Source: Octopus vulgaris
Lineage: Eukaryota
Assembly (NCBI GenBank): GCA_951406725.2
Contig: OX597816.1
Coordinates: forward strand, 138,756,001 to 138,820,000
DNA: 64,000 nt
Reading direction: 5' to 3'
Shown: piece by piece, positions 41,177 to 53,191 of the stretch
How positions within the stretch are numbered: position 1 is the first letter of the stretch
Layout: every line of letters begins with the position of its first letter
Made by a program: the position numbers and the translations under genes
Notes under the pieces: generated by a model
Told to the model about the DNA's origin: nothing
The model's input: the letters and a program-made list of their open reading frames with translations, nothing else
Databases searched by the model: none

Positions 41177-42014
41177 CATACATACACACATACATATATA
41201 CATGTAAACACACATTCATACGTACATGCATACATACATACATGTAAACACACATAGATACATACATATATGCATACGTACATGGATGCAAATACCCACA
41301 TACATACATAGATACATACATACATGCATGCAAACACCCACATACATACATACGTACATGCATACATACATACATACACACATACATACATACACACATA
41401 CATAATTAGATACATGCAAACACTCACATACATGCATGCATTCATACATACATACATACATACATACATACATACATACATACACACATACAACATACAT
41501 ACATGCATATACATACATACATACATACATACATACATACATACATACATACATACATACATACATGCATACAACTGTACGCACCATGTAACTATCACTA
41601 TATTTGAATATATCCCAGGCATTTCCTCCTTTATTGTTCCTGCTTTTTGCTTTTTTTTTATCATTTATATTATTTGATATCTCTTCTCTTTTTAAACCTC
41701 CGCCTTTTCTCCCCATTTCCCCATCCTTTTCTCTCTCTCTGTCTCTCTCTCAGTCTCTCTCTCTCCCTTTCTCCATGTTACTTACAAATAAACATATATA
41801 TGTGTATATATGCATATACGTATAGATATATATACATATATACATATATATACATGTGTATATATATATATATATACATGTATATATGTTTATTTGTATG
41901 TGTGTATATGTATATTCATGTATATATGTATATGTATGTGTGTATGTATGTATATATACATATATACATATATACATATATATATATATGTATATGTGTA
42001 TGTATGAACCTATG

Positions 42015-42110
<96 letters not shown>

Positions 42111-42535
42111 AACGTTCATATGTATGTATATGTATAGCTAAGTATATATATGCAATTATCAGGAGTCTGAACTTTTTCAGTAGAATTATCAGCCTAATAA
42201 CTTGTGGCTTCTAATGACGCAGCTGGCGCCAAGACTACATTAATAATACTACAGTCTAGTAACTTACAACTAGATTTAGCCAGCAGTGGTTTCTACTGGC
42301 ATAATCTTAGCTGCCAGCTTGGGAATCGATACCTAGTCACCGAGACATAGATTTACTTACATAAATACGTGTGTGAATATTTGTGAATAGGTGCGTGTGA
42401 TTTGTGTGTTTATTTATGGTGTGCCTAATGGTGTGTGTGTATATATATGTGTGGGCGCGTTTTTGTGTTCGTGCGTGCATGTGTGTGTGTGTGTTTGTGT
42501 GTGTGTATTATATGTACGAACGGCATGTTTGTGAA

Positions 42536-42591
<56 letters not shown>

Positions 42592-42673
42592 CTTATGTGT
42601 ACATATGTATGTACGAGTGTATGTATAAGTATATGTACGTGTATATTTACGTCGGTGCGTATACATACGCACA

Positions 42674-42765
<92 letters not shown>

Positions 42766-42774
42766 TATAGATAT

Positions 42775-42806
<32 letters not shown>

Positions 42807-43400
42807 TTACATATATATATATATATAGATATTATATATATACATATATATATATATTTTATATACAGACGCATGTACGTGTGTATATGTCTGTGTGTGT
42901 GCATATATATGTGCGAATACATACATATATGTATGTATACATGTATATATACATGTATGTATGCATGCATGTATACATTTGTTTACATGTATGGGAATTT
43001 CGAAACATTCCCCAGGAAAGATTTCTGCTATGTCTATATCGTTCATCAAGATTCGATCTGATGCGGAAACTTATAAATCGTAGGATGTTTGTACACATGC
43101 GTGCGCGCACATAAATACACATGTATACACATACATGCATGCACATACACAAGCATAAATATATGTATATACTGATACATAGACATTATTTTTACATATA
43201 TACATGTGTATGTATATAAGATCACAAATACACCAGTCACTCGTATATATCATTGTACATAAGTATATACTAAACTCGCCACTCATACACGCACACACAT
43301 ATACACACATTTCGCTTTTTGGCATACACATCCAAACACACATACAAACTCACACACACGTACGCACGCACAGACATAAAGAAAAACACAAACATACTGA
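41080..43400. repeat. Large low-complexity (CATA)/(TA)/(TG) microsatellite field
   Basis: Directly visible. Confidence 0.9.
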
Positions 43401-43814
43401 CACGACCCCGCTTTATGACTTACAACTATATAAATATATCACTCAATTATATGATATTATAACAACATCCATCTGCCTAGTTTAACTATGATAAACACCT
43501 CTATTGCACAAGTCTGGACATTTTGCTATAGAGATCCTGCTACGATCAGGCGCCAGAATCCACCATTCTTATCCTTATCATTATTATCTTGAATAAGGCA
43601 CCACGTCTTTACGACTGTTTAGTTAGTGTTATGTTCTGTTCCTCACATTTTGAAAATAATGAAGAATCTTAACCCTCTAATTCTCACAGATTGCACTAAC
43701 AATATTCAGGGATTTAACCCAGCATACGTCATGGTCTGTAAATCTCCGTTAAGTACCCCGACAAACGTTTTATCATTACGATGTTCATTTTTATTGTTTT
43801 CGGTAGATTAAAGC

Positions 43815-44535
43815 CTGAGTATGTTAACCTTGGTTACGTCTCCGGAGAATACCCTCCCTTTTCAGACCATGTATATGTTGACAACACCCCCTATTCATTG
43901 CTTTGAGACACCGGTGCTTCGACCTGGTTCAGTTTCTTCAGTGAAAGATATCCACGAATCAATGAACTAAACGAGATTATCGGTTCTTGATTAGAGCATT
44001 CAGCACACAAATAACTTTCTAATGCGCGTTTATATCTACCAAATCGATAATAAATTGTTACGTACTCGTAGAACAGCAAGAATCAAAACGATGGCGTACA
44101 TATTCGTTCTGGTTACACTCCGACAGATCTAAACGTGAATATGTTAATATCTATTGTATTTCGTCTCCGGAGAACACCATCTCCTTTCAGATGTTGGGTG
44201 TTCATAAAACACTAGATTTATTGACGTAAAGGAGATACGGTTTCTTCAGGGAAAGCAACCACTGAATCACTGGACTAAACATGAATAGTTGTTCTTTTTT
44301 TATAGAATTCGTCGAACTGAGTATATGGAAATGCGTGCTGTTGTCCGCCAGATCGATAATATATTATGTTCTCGTAAAACAGCGAAAATCAAAACGACGG
44401 CGTACATATTCATTTGTAATACATTCCAGCAAATTGGAATGTGAGTATGCTAATCTTTGTTGTATTTCGTCTTCGGAGAACACTTTCTCCTTTTAGACGA
44501 TGTGTGTTGCTAATACACTAGATTTATTGACGTAT
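43815..44535. repeat. Diverged tandem repeat, ~305-326-bp unit, ~2.3 copies
   Basis: cgtct(c/t)cggagaa(t/c)ac recurs at ~43837, 44163 and 44468. aatcaaaacga(t/c)ggcgtacatattc recurs at ~44081 and 44387. Confidence 0.8.
43901..43947 (-). ncRNA. Degenerate type I hammerhead in the tandem unit
   Basis: ctttca-CTGAAGA-a-actgaaccaggt-c-GAAG-caccggtg-TC-tcaaag. Perfect palindromic stem III. Confidence 0.6.
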
Positions 44536-44951
44536 TTCTGGTATTTCGGAATGCAAAAATCATTAGTAAATTTTCTTTATGAAAGTAATACACGTCTTAA
44601 ATCTAAATCAACTGATCTTACTCTTTTCGCACATCACAAACCGCAATTCGACCCATTTTCAGACAAAATAAACTGGTTATCATAAAAAGTAGATGTGGGT
44701 TGCAGGCAAGGTAGATTCAGTAATCTGAAGAATCTTTGTTTTCTATCTGGATATCTTCAATACAAAGATTCAGAGTCCCTCCTAATATGTGTATATGCAT
44801 ATAATGATGTACTTCTCCGTGATGACGTTTATAAACACACACACACACGTACGCGCACACACACACATAATTGTATTATTGGATGCTTGCATCTTCGCAA
44901 TCTCTCTCTCTCTCTTTATCTATCTACCTAGCTCTCTATCTCTCGAGCGCG

Positions 44952-45016
<65 letters not shown>

Positions 45017-45663
45017 GAGGATAATATCGATATTTAAGTATCCATATTATCTAGTGGCCAGCATGGGAAAAATACCGTACAAAGGTAATAATTTTTAACA
45101 ATTAAAAATGAGGGTGTCTAAGAGACACCAACATGCCGAAATAGCAGTCGAAACTCTGACTATAAAAACCACGTTAAGGGTTCGTGTCGCACCATGAGAT
45201 AAGACAGATAGACAAAATATACAAGCAAAAATTATTGAATAATTCAAGATCCAGGATTTCTGGTTTTGCTTTAAATAAGCTTTACCGTCATGGTGCACAC
45301 GAACCCCTAACGTGGTTTTTATAGTCAGAGTTTCGACTGCTATTTCGGCATGTTGGTGTCTCTTAGACACCCTCATTTTTAATTGTTAAAAATTATTACC
45401 TTTGTACGGTATTTTTTCCCATGCTGGCCACTAGATAATATGGATACTTAAATATCGATATTATCCTCATATATAAATATATATAATTCGTTATTATTTT
45501 CACTGCGGTGTTTATTTTAACCGTGTCGTACTTTGGGATGATTCGGCGGGTAATTTAACTGGCCGCGTGCATACGTGCATATGTATTTATGTATGGACGT
45601 TCGTATATGTAAGTATATCGTTTGTTCTGCATGTATGTATCTGTATTTATGTACTCTTGATAT

Positions 45664-45722
45664 ATTCAACCGATGACGGTAAAGCTTATTTAAAGCAAAA
45701 CCAGAAATCCTGGATCTTGAAT
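45664..45722 (+). ncRNA. Type I hammerhead ribozyme, U4C core
   Basis: attcaa-CCGATGA-c-ggt aaa gctt attta aagc aaa acc-a-GAAA-tcctgga-TC-ttgaat. Cut predicted after 45716. Confidence 0.75.
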
Positions 45723-46142
45723 TATTCAATAATTGTTGCTTGTATATTTTGTCTATCTGTCTTATCTCATGGTGCGACACGAACCCTTAACGTGGTTTTT
45801 ATAGTCAGAGTTTCGACTGCTATTTCGGCATGTTGGTGTCTCTTCGACACCCTCATTTTTAATTGTTAAAAATTACTACCTTTGTACGGTATTTTTCCCA
45901 TGCTGGCCACTAGATAATATGGATACTTAAATATCGATATTATCCTCATATATAAATATATATAATTCGTTATTATTTTCACTGCGGTGTTTATTTTAAC
46001 CGTGTCGTACTTTGGGATGATTCGGCGGGTAATTTAACTGGCCGCGTGCATACGTGCATATGTATTTATGTATGGACGTTCGTATATGTAAGTATATCGT
46101 TTGTTCTGCATGTATGTATCTGTATTTATGTACTCTTGATAT

Positions 46143-46201
46143 ATTCAACCGATGACGGTAAAGCTTATTTAAAGCAAAACCAGAAATCCTGGATCTTGAA
46201 T
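46143..46201 (+). ncRNA. Type I hammerhead ribozyme, U4C core (second unit)
   Basis: Identical to 45664-45722, offset 479. Confidence 0.75.
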
Positions 46202-46346
46202 TATTCAATAATTTTTGCTTGTATATTTTGTCTATCTGTCTTATCTCATGGTGCGACACGAACCCTTAACGTGGTTTTTATAGTCAGAGTTTCGACTGCT
46301 ATTCGGCATGTTGGTGTCTCTTCGACACCCTCATTTTTAATTGTTA

Positions 46347-46413
<67 letters not shown>

Positions 46414-46655
46414 CATACATACATATATATATATACTTTGAGTATGGTAGATGAGCTCAGCAAAAATTTAGATTCAGATGAATGTGGTACTTAAGTTGAG
46501 GCACCAGAATTTAGTACGGGATTATCCATGCAATTTCAAAGTAAGGTGATTAAAATCAACATAAGCAACAAGGATATCCAGAGGTGATTAAAATCTGGAT
46601 ATGCTTGTTGCTTATTTTGATTATATATACGTGTGTGTGTTTGTGTGTGTGTGTT

Positions 46656-46689
<34 letters not shown>

Positions 46690-46734
46690 TGTATGTATGT
46701 ATGTATGTAGGTAGGTAGGTAGGTAGGTATGTAA

Positions 46735-47000
46735 GTTCGATTACTGTACCAAGCTGTGTGCTATGTTCTTGAACAAGACACTTTATTTCACGTTGATCCT
46801 GTTCACTCAAATGTAGAAACAATTTGCATGTCTCTGGTGCCAAAATCTAATCGGCTTTTGTCTCTCCCTTGAATAACATCGGTGGCATGGAGAGGAGAGG
46901 CTGGTATCCAAGTGATACTTCTGGTCTTTCATAAACAACCTTGCCCGGACTTGTGCCTCGGAGGGGAACTTTCTAGGTGCAATCTCATGGTCATTCATAC
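46735..47000 (+). mobile_element. tRNA-headed SINE family H (5' truncated)
   Basis: Homologous to 49725-50060. Confidence 0.7.
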
Positions 47001-48029
47001 CTTTAATATTCACACATACACACACTCACTCACACACACTCACACACACACACACTCTCTCTCTCTCACTCTGTCACACACACACACACAGACACAAACT
47101 CACTCACACACACTCACACACACACACACTCACACACACTCGCAAGCCTTTTAGGCCTATCTATACTAACATACCCCTAAAAACGATGCATGATTGATTT
47201 AAGCACTGCTATCAGTTTTATCGTTGAGTTTATGATCTCTAAGATTATTTTCATGAAATCGGGAATAATGTAATCGTCCTACCCTGATGTTTACCGCCGC
47301 CACCACTTTCATTACATTACATAAATTATGTCTTGCTCCATTTTCTTCTTCTTCTTCTTTCACACAAACATCATATCTGTAATAGTTTCAAAATTAAGTT
47401 CTTGGCCTAACAGTGTTAGTTGACGAAATCAGCGCAATAATTCACAAGCACTCAACAAATTGATCCCGGAAAAGGAAATACACAGCAGACACCGGCAGGA
47501 TATATATCCAAGACTTTAAAAAAAAAAGGCTCTCGAAGCTGTACCGTAAACCATTTCTTCTTACGATTCTACAAATATAAACTTTACAACCCAAATCATC
47601 TTTAATTCATACTGGCATTAAGACCCACCCACTTTGTAGAGTCACACTCTTCTCTCAATAATAATTCGTCGTGAAATGTCATTGCCAATGAAATTTAATA
47701 CGATAATATAATATTAGAACAAGAGGTAAGTTCGCTACAAAACGAGGTAGCATCATGGTTTCAATACCTACTTGAAGCCATCGCTTTTCATTTATCCTGT
47801 TCATGTTCATAGTTTCTGGAAACACAAACATTCTTATAGGAAATATTTACCCGGTTTTCCTAAGTATAATGCTTCGGATTCTTTGAGAAGGAAAGTATAT
47901 TTTCCGACAGTCTTGCCGTTATAAGAGTACTGTGAAATTAACTGGTCGCAATTCTCAAAGTATGTGTGTGCGTGGGGGTGGGGTACGTGCATGCAAGTGA
48001 GTGCGGGTGCGTGTGTATGTTATTGTATA

Positions 48030-48325
48030 TATATGTATGAATGTGTATATGTTCGTATATGTATATGCGTATGTTTTATAGCTTAGTCAAAGAAGAAAAG
48101 AGTCCATATCATCAAAAACTGAAGAACCAAATGTAGAAAGTATGGCAAATAGGTTGGGACTCACCATTTCCGTCCCAGTTGCATGCCACTGGAGGTGGGA
48201 CGACCAGCAATAAGAGTAGTGAATTCCATAGTTACTACATTCGGTTCTCCAGTTGTATGACCAGACTATAAAACATAGACACATACATATATGAATGTAT
48301 ATACTCATTCATACATACATATATA
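48030..48325. repeat. Old imperfect inverted repeat
   Basis: atgttttatagcttagtca...aactgaagaaccaaatgtagaaagtatgg pairs with ccatagttactacattcggttctccagtt...tgaccagactataaaacat. Confidence 0.65.
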
Positions 48326-49352
48326 ATCACATACACACACACAGACATACGCGCACACACTTTTCCACGACACAGCAGTTACAACTTGGCTTGTCATATC
48401 TGGCGAGCTACTTTTACTTGTACACAGTGGCCCCATAGTAGAGAGATGCATTAGGAAGGAGCACATTAGAATTTCGAGCTACACGTGGACCGGCAACTCG
48501 GCCTCATTTATTGATTATATTGTAGTCCGAAGTAAACTCATCTGGAAGCCAGATTGCGAAATCTTATAATCTTATTAAGGTGAAATTTTTGCTTTATTTT
48601 AAAGGAAAAATCTGCAAAATTTATATTTTAACGACTATCTTAATTTAAAAGGATTATCTTTAAAACTTACCTTAACAAAATTATGTTCTTTGCAAAGTTC
48701 GGTCAAGTATGTGTGAAAACTATATGTTCCTACAGAGAACAATTTTTGGTATATTGAAAGAGAGTGCTAATTAATTAAAACCAACGTAAAGATGTCATAC
48801 GATATCAAATTAACAGAAACTTTCTGCTAATGAATGCATTGGAATATGAAATGAAAATTCTACTATTTCCAAAGTAAAAAAAGAAACGAAAAGAAAACTT
48901 TTAAACTTTGCATATGCTAGAAACTTTTGATGTATTATGCACTATCTTCTACTAGTTTCTCGGCACTCCAAATTAATTTCATTGTGCAGAAATAATTTTA
49001 GGAAACATAAAATCATTTCAACCTATATTTCGAAACTGATTATAATTTTTTGAACAAACACAGAAACACTCAAATGATGGATTTTCTTATGAAATGTTTT
49101 TATTTATAATAATAACTAGTTAGAAGACATTTTCAACATAATGTTTATTACCAGCAACAGCAATTACTAGTTTCATCCTTATGATTTATAATAATGTAAT
49201 TATAAATCCTTCTGATTTATAATAATATAATAGAGAGAACACACCATAGCAACAATAAACCCAGATGTAATTATTTACACATAGACATAACAATTGTTTC
49301 TCCTTCTCCATTTACTATAATTTTTTAACATTGAATTTAAAAATAAAATAAC

Positions 49353-49600
49353 TGTTCCTTCTCGAACCATGCCAGGCTCATAAGGGCCGGTTTCCCGGTT
49401 TCGGTGGGATAGAAATTCCCAACCTGGACTGGACGCCGGTCCGTCGCAGGATTACTCACTTTTGCCCGTTGAGTGGAATGGAGCAACGTGAAAATGAAGT
49501 GTTTTGCTCAAGAATACAACGCATCGCCCGGTCCAGGAATCGAAACCACAACCTTACTATCATGAGTTCAACACCCTAAACACTAAGCGACTTGCCCCCA
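49353..49600 (-). mobile_element. SINE family F
   Basis: B-box ggtttcgattcc and tail ggaaaccggcccttatgagcctggcatggttcgagaaggaac. Confidence 0.75.
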
Positions 49601-49724
49601 TTAATACTGAATTTACAAACTACAAATTCCTATTAAGCCTTGAATTTTTTAAGTTTTGTTAAATTGATAATACTGTAGTCAACTTGATTTCAACCTGGTT
49701 TTAACAATTCAAATTATCTGAGAC

Positions 49725-50060
49725 CCCCTTCGCTTGTGACTGACCATGGGATTGCACCTAGAAAGTTACCCTCCCAGGCACAAGTCCGGTCAAGGTTGTT
49801 TTTTTTATGGATGACCAATAGTCGCCCATGCATACCGGCCTCCCCTCTCCACGCCACCAGTGTTATCTAAGGGAAAGGCAAAGGCCAATACAGCTTGGCA
49901 CCTGTGACGTCGCAACTCATTTCTACAGCTGAATTAACTGGAGCAACGTGAAATACAGTGTCTTGTTCAAGAACACAACACGCAGCCCGGTCCTGGATTC
50001 GAGCTCACAACCTCACGATCGTAAACTCGACGCTCTAACCACTGAGCCATGCGCCTTCAC
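49725..50060 (-). mobile_element. SINE family H, full length
   Basis: Minus strand head ggcgcatggctcagtggttagagcg...gagctcgaatcc (tRNA A/B boxes), core gtgttcttgaacaagacact. Confidence 0.8.
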
Positions 50061-50411
50061 AACTCGAATTAATTACCTGATTTAATACATAATAATCATT
50101 GCAAATGATATAATCTTATACACCTACGCTTCCACCCTTATAACTTTTGCTCCTTATTTCTATTTCCCAGCTTTTTTTTATTTCTGTTATACTGTAATCT
50201 ACTTTAATACTACATTATAACTTCATATTAGTTAAATAAAACATACACTTAAATAGAAAAGCTTTATATTTAGTTGTATCTATTTTCTTTTAATTTTATA
50301 CTATATTTGATTTATATTGTTTTATAAAATAAAACTATATTAAAAATTTGCTCGAAGTTAATAGCCATAAAATTAATTTGCTCTTTTATTTATTTCAATC
50401 AGTAGATTTTT

Positions 50412-50785
50412 TTTCTTTATTGCCCACAGGGGGTTAAACATAGAAGGGACAAACAAGGCCAGACAAACGGATTAAGTCGATTACATCGACCCCACTGCGT
50501 AACTGGTACTTAATTTATCGGCCCCGAAAGGATGAAAGACAAAGTCGACCTCGGCAGAATTTGAACTCAGAACGTAGCGGCAGACGAAATACATATTTCT
50601 TTACTACCCACAAGGGGTTAAACACTGAGGGGACAAATAAGGACAGACAAACGGAATGAGTCGATTAAATCGACCCCACTGCGTAACTGGTACTTAATTT
50701 ATCGACCCCGAAAGGATGAAAGGTAAAGTCGACCACGGCGGAATTTGAACTCGGAACGTAACGGCTAACGTTTCTGCCAACTCGC
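50412..50785 (-). mobile_element. SINE family B tandem dimer (period ~184)
   Basis: cccacagggggttaaaca at ~50423 and cccacaaggggttaaaca at ~50607. Confidence 0.85.
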
Positions 50786-51019
50786 TGGATTGCACCCACA
50801 CTGAGGCAACTCTTCCTATTTATGCTCAGTTAATAGCCATATATGTGGAGCGGTACTACTTCTACAAATACAAACATTCCATTTCGATCACATCGAAAAA
50901 ATGGCCAAACGTCCGACAGACCAAAAGAATCACTAACCATAATATCAACGACACTTAGTTGCTGATTACTACAACTTCATATCTGTCTTTCACTTCTATC
51001 GCATTTACCTATCTTTCTA

Positions 51020-51235
51020 AGGCAGTGAGCTGGCAGAATCGTTAGCACGCCGAGCAAAATACTTAGCGGCATTTCATCTGTTTTAAACGCTCTGAGTTCA
51101 AATTCCACAGAGGTCGACTTTGCTTCTCATTCTTTCAGGGTCGATAAGATAAGTAATAGTTAATTACTGGGGTCGATGTTATCGACTTACCCCATTCCCT
51201 CGAACTTTCTGGCCTAATAACAAAATATGAAACCT
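51020..51235 (+). mobile_element. SINE family B
   Basis: ggcagtgagctggcagaatcgttagc head and Nin-like core. Confidence 0.8.
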
Positions 51236-51699
51236 GTATTACCTATCTTTCTGATTCGCTAATCGGGCATTTTACCACTCCATGTAATCCCATGAATCTC
51301 TGTTTACTTAACATCTCTTTCCTATCTCTTGCAATGTAGATTGTAAAATACGATTATTCATTGCCTATGTAACGACCTATTAAAATAGTTACGTGGACTG
51401 GTTAGTTGAATAGAAACGCATAACTAAAGTTCCACGATGTCAGCCGCGTTCCACCGACTCTATCGAGATTGAAAGAAAAGGTGCACGAGATATTCAGCTC
51501 TGATTACGATGTACAAATGTTAGAATCTATTATGAGATTTTGTAAGATGAAACGTGTATAGTATAAGTACATACGTACACTATAGGTATATACATATATA
51601 CATGTATATATATATATATATATATATGTTATATATGCTTTATATATACATACACGCACGTGTGCGTAAGTATATATATATATATATTTATATATACGT

Positions 51700-51960
51700 G
51701 GAGTCACATGGCCAAGTGGTTAAAGCAGGTTCGAATCTCAGACTGGGCGATGTGTGTGTGTTTATGAGCGAAACACCTAAGCTCCACGCGGCTCCGGAAG
51801 AAGGTAATGGCTGACTCTTTCGCCACAACTTTCTCTCTTTCCTCCTACATCTTGCAGTACACCTGCGACGGACCGGCATCCCGTCCAGGTGGGGAACCTA
51901 TACGCCAAGGAAACCGGGAAACCGGCCCTTATGAGCCAGGCATGGCTCGAGAAGGAACAA
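51700..51960 (+). mobile_element. tRNA-headed SINE (family F-type tail)
   Basis: tggccaagtggtt A-box, ggttcgaatc B-box, shared tail. Confidence 0.7.
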
Positions 51961-52273
51961 ACGCATGAAGAGAGATACAGCGATAGAAAGATGTGCGTGT
52001 ACGTGAATATATATGTATATATAATATACGTGCGTGTATCTAAGTAAAAGACGAGAATGAAGGATATCAGGCTTTAATAGCAGACCACAACATTTGAAGA
52101 CTAATATCCTCTATCCTTGTGTCATATTTTTCTTATAGTAATCTTACGCAAAGAGGAGTTCCACATTTGTCTATCCAGCCCTGGAATATACCCTTCTGTA
52201 GGATAACATGTGGTAGCCAAATAAACGATATAAGAACTCCTAAATGCACGTTACAAGCTTTTTACGCGAATTT

Positions 52274-52314
<41 letters not shown>

Positions 52315-52325
52315 TATATATACAT

Positions 52326-52459
<134 letters not shown>

Positions 52460-52491
52460 AATATATATATATTATATATATATATGTATAC

Positions 52492-52522
<31 letters not shown>

Positions 52523-52554
52523 TATATTATAATATATGTATATATATATATATT

Positions 52555-52590
<36 letters not shown>

Positions 52591-52639
52591 ATATTATATA
52601 TTTTTTTTACATATATATATGTGTGTATGTATGTATGTA

Positions 52640-52775
52640 GGAGGTGAATTCACAAAAGACGAAGACAGGTGGTGTAGACAACAAACAGATTTATTAGTTT
52701 AACGCGCTCGGGAAGTGAAAAGTTTTAACGTTTCGAGCCTACGCTCTTCCACAGAAAGGAACACAGTAAGAAACT
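52640..52775 (-). mobile_element. Family E element with A6U motif (52724-52757)
   Basis: ttt-CTGTGGA-a-gagc gtag gctc-GAAA-cg-TT-aaa. Confidence 0.7.
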
Positions 52776-52828
<53 letters not shown>

Positions 52829-52898
52829 CGTATCCCATATGTATGTGTGCTTTGTTATAAGTATACGAATATGCATTGATAATTATAAATACGCGTGT

Positions 52899-52934
<36 letters not shown>

Positions 52935-53091
52935 CAAAGAAATTCCAACTCTGTTTTTTATGTTTTATTTATATTCTTTATAATATTAATGTAGAATATA
53001 TAATATATAGTATAAATAATATATATAGTAAAATGAAATGAAGTATTGATTGTCTTGTTGAATAGATGAAATATGGAATATAAAATATTAA

Positions 53092-53135
53092 GGGACTAAT
53101 ATACTTTCTTGCATTATAGCAGTCTTCAAGGTCCC
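53092..53135 (-). ncRNA. Degenerate type I hammerhead (1-nt insertion in core) within a (TA)n-flanked insert
   Basis: gggac-CTTGAAGA-c-tgc tataat gca-a-GAAA-gtatat-TA-gtccc. 5-bp stem I. Confidence 0.6.
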
Positions 53136-53152
53136 AGGTTGTGACAGGAGTG

Positions 53153-53191
<39 letters not shown>

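Larger units (their letters stand above)
45008..46347. mobile_element. Young non-coding element in (TA)n: inverted arm plus ~2.2 tandem 479-bp HHR-bearing units (retrozyme / PLE pseudo-LTR-like)
   Basis: 45287-46347 is a near-perfect direct repeat of period 479. 45008-45290 is a reverse complement of part of the unit. Confidence 0.9.

Noticed and set aside
45287-46347. CRISPR-like or coding repeat
   Set aside because: Whole-unit 479-bp duplication without unique spacers in a eukaryotic context. The ORFs are short and uninformative.
49960-50060. tRNA gene
   Set aside because: tRNA-like A/B boxes continue into a SINE body repeated elsewhere, with no acceptor stem.
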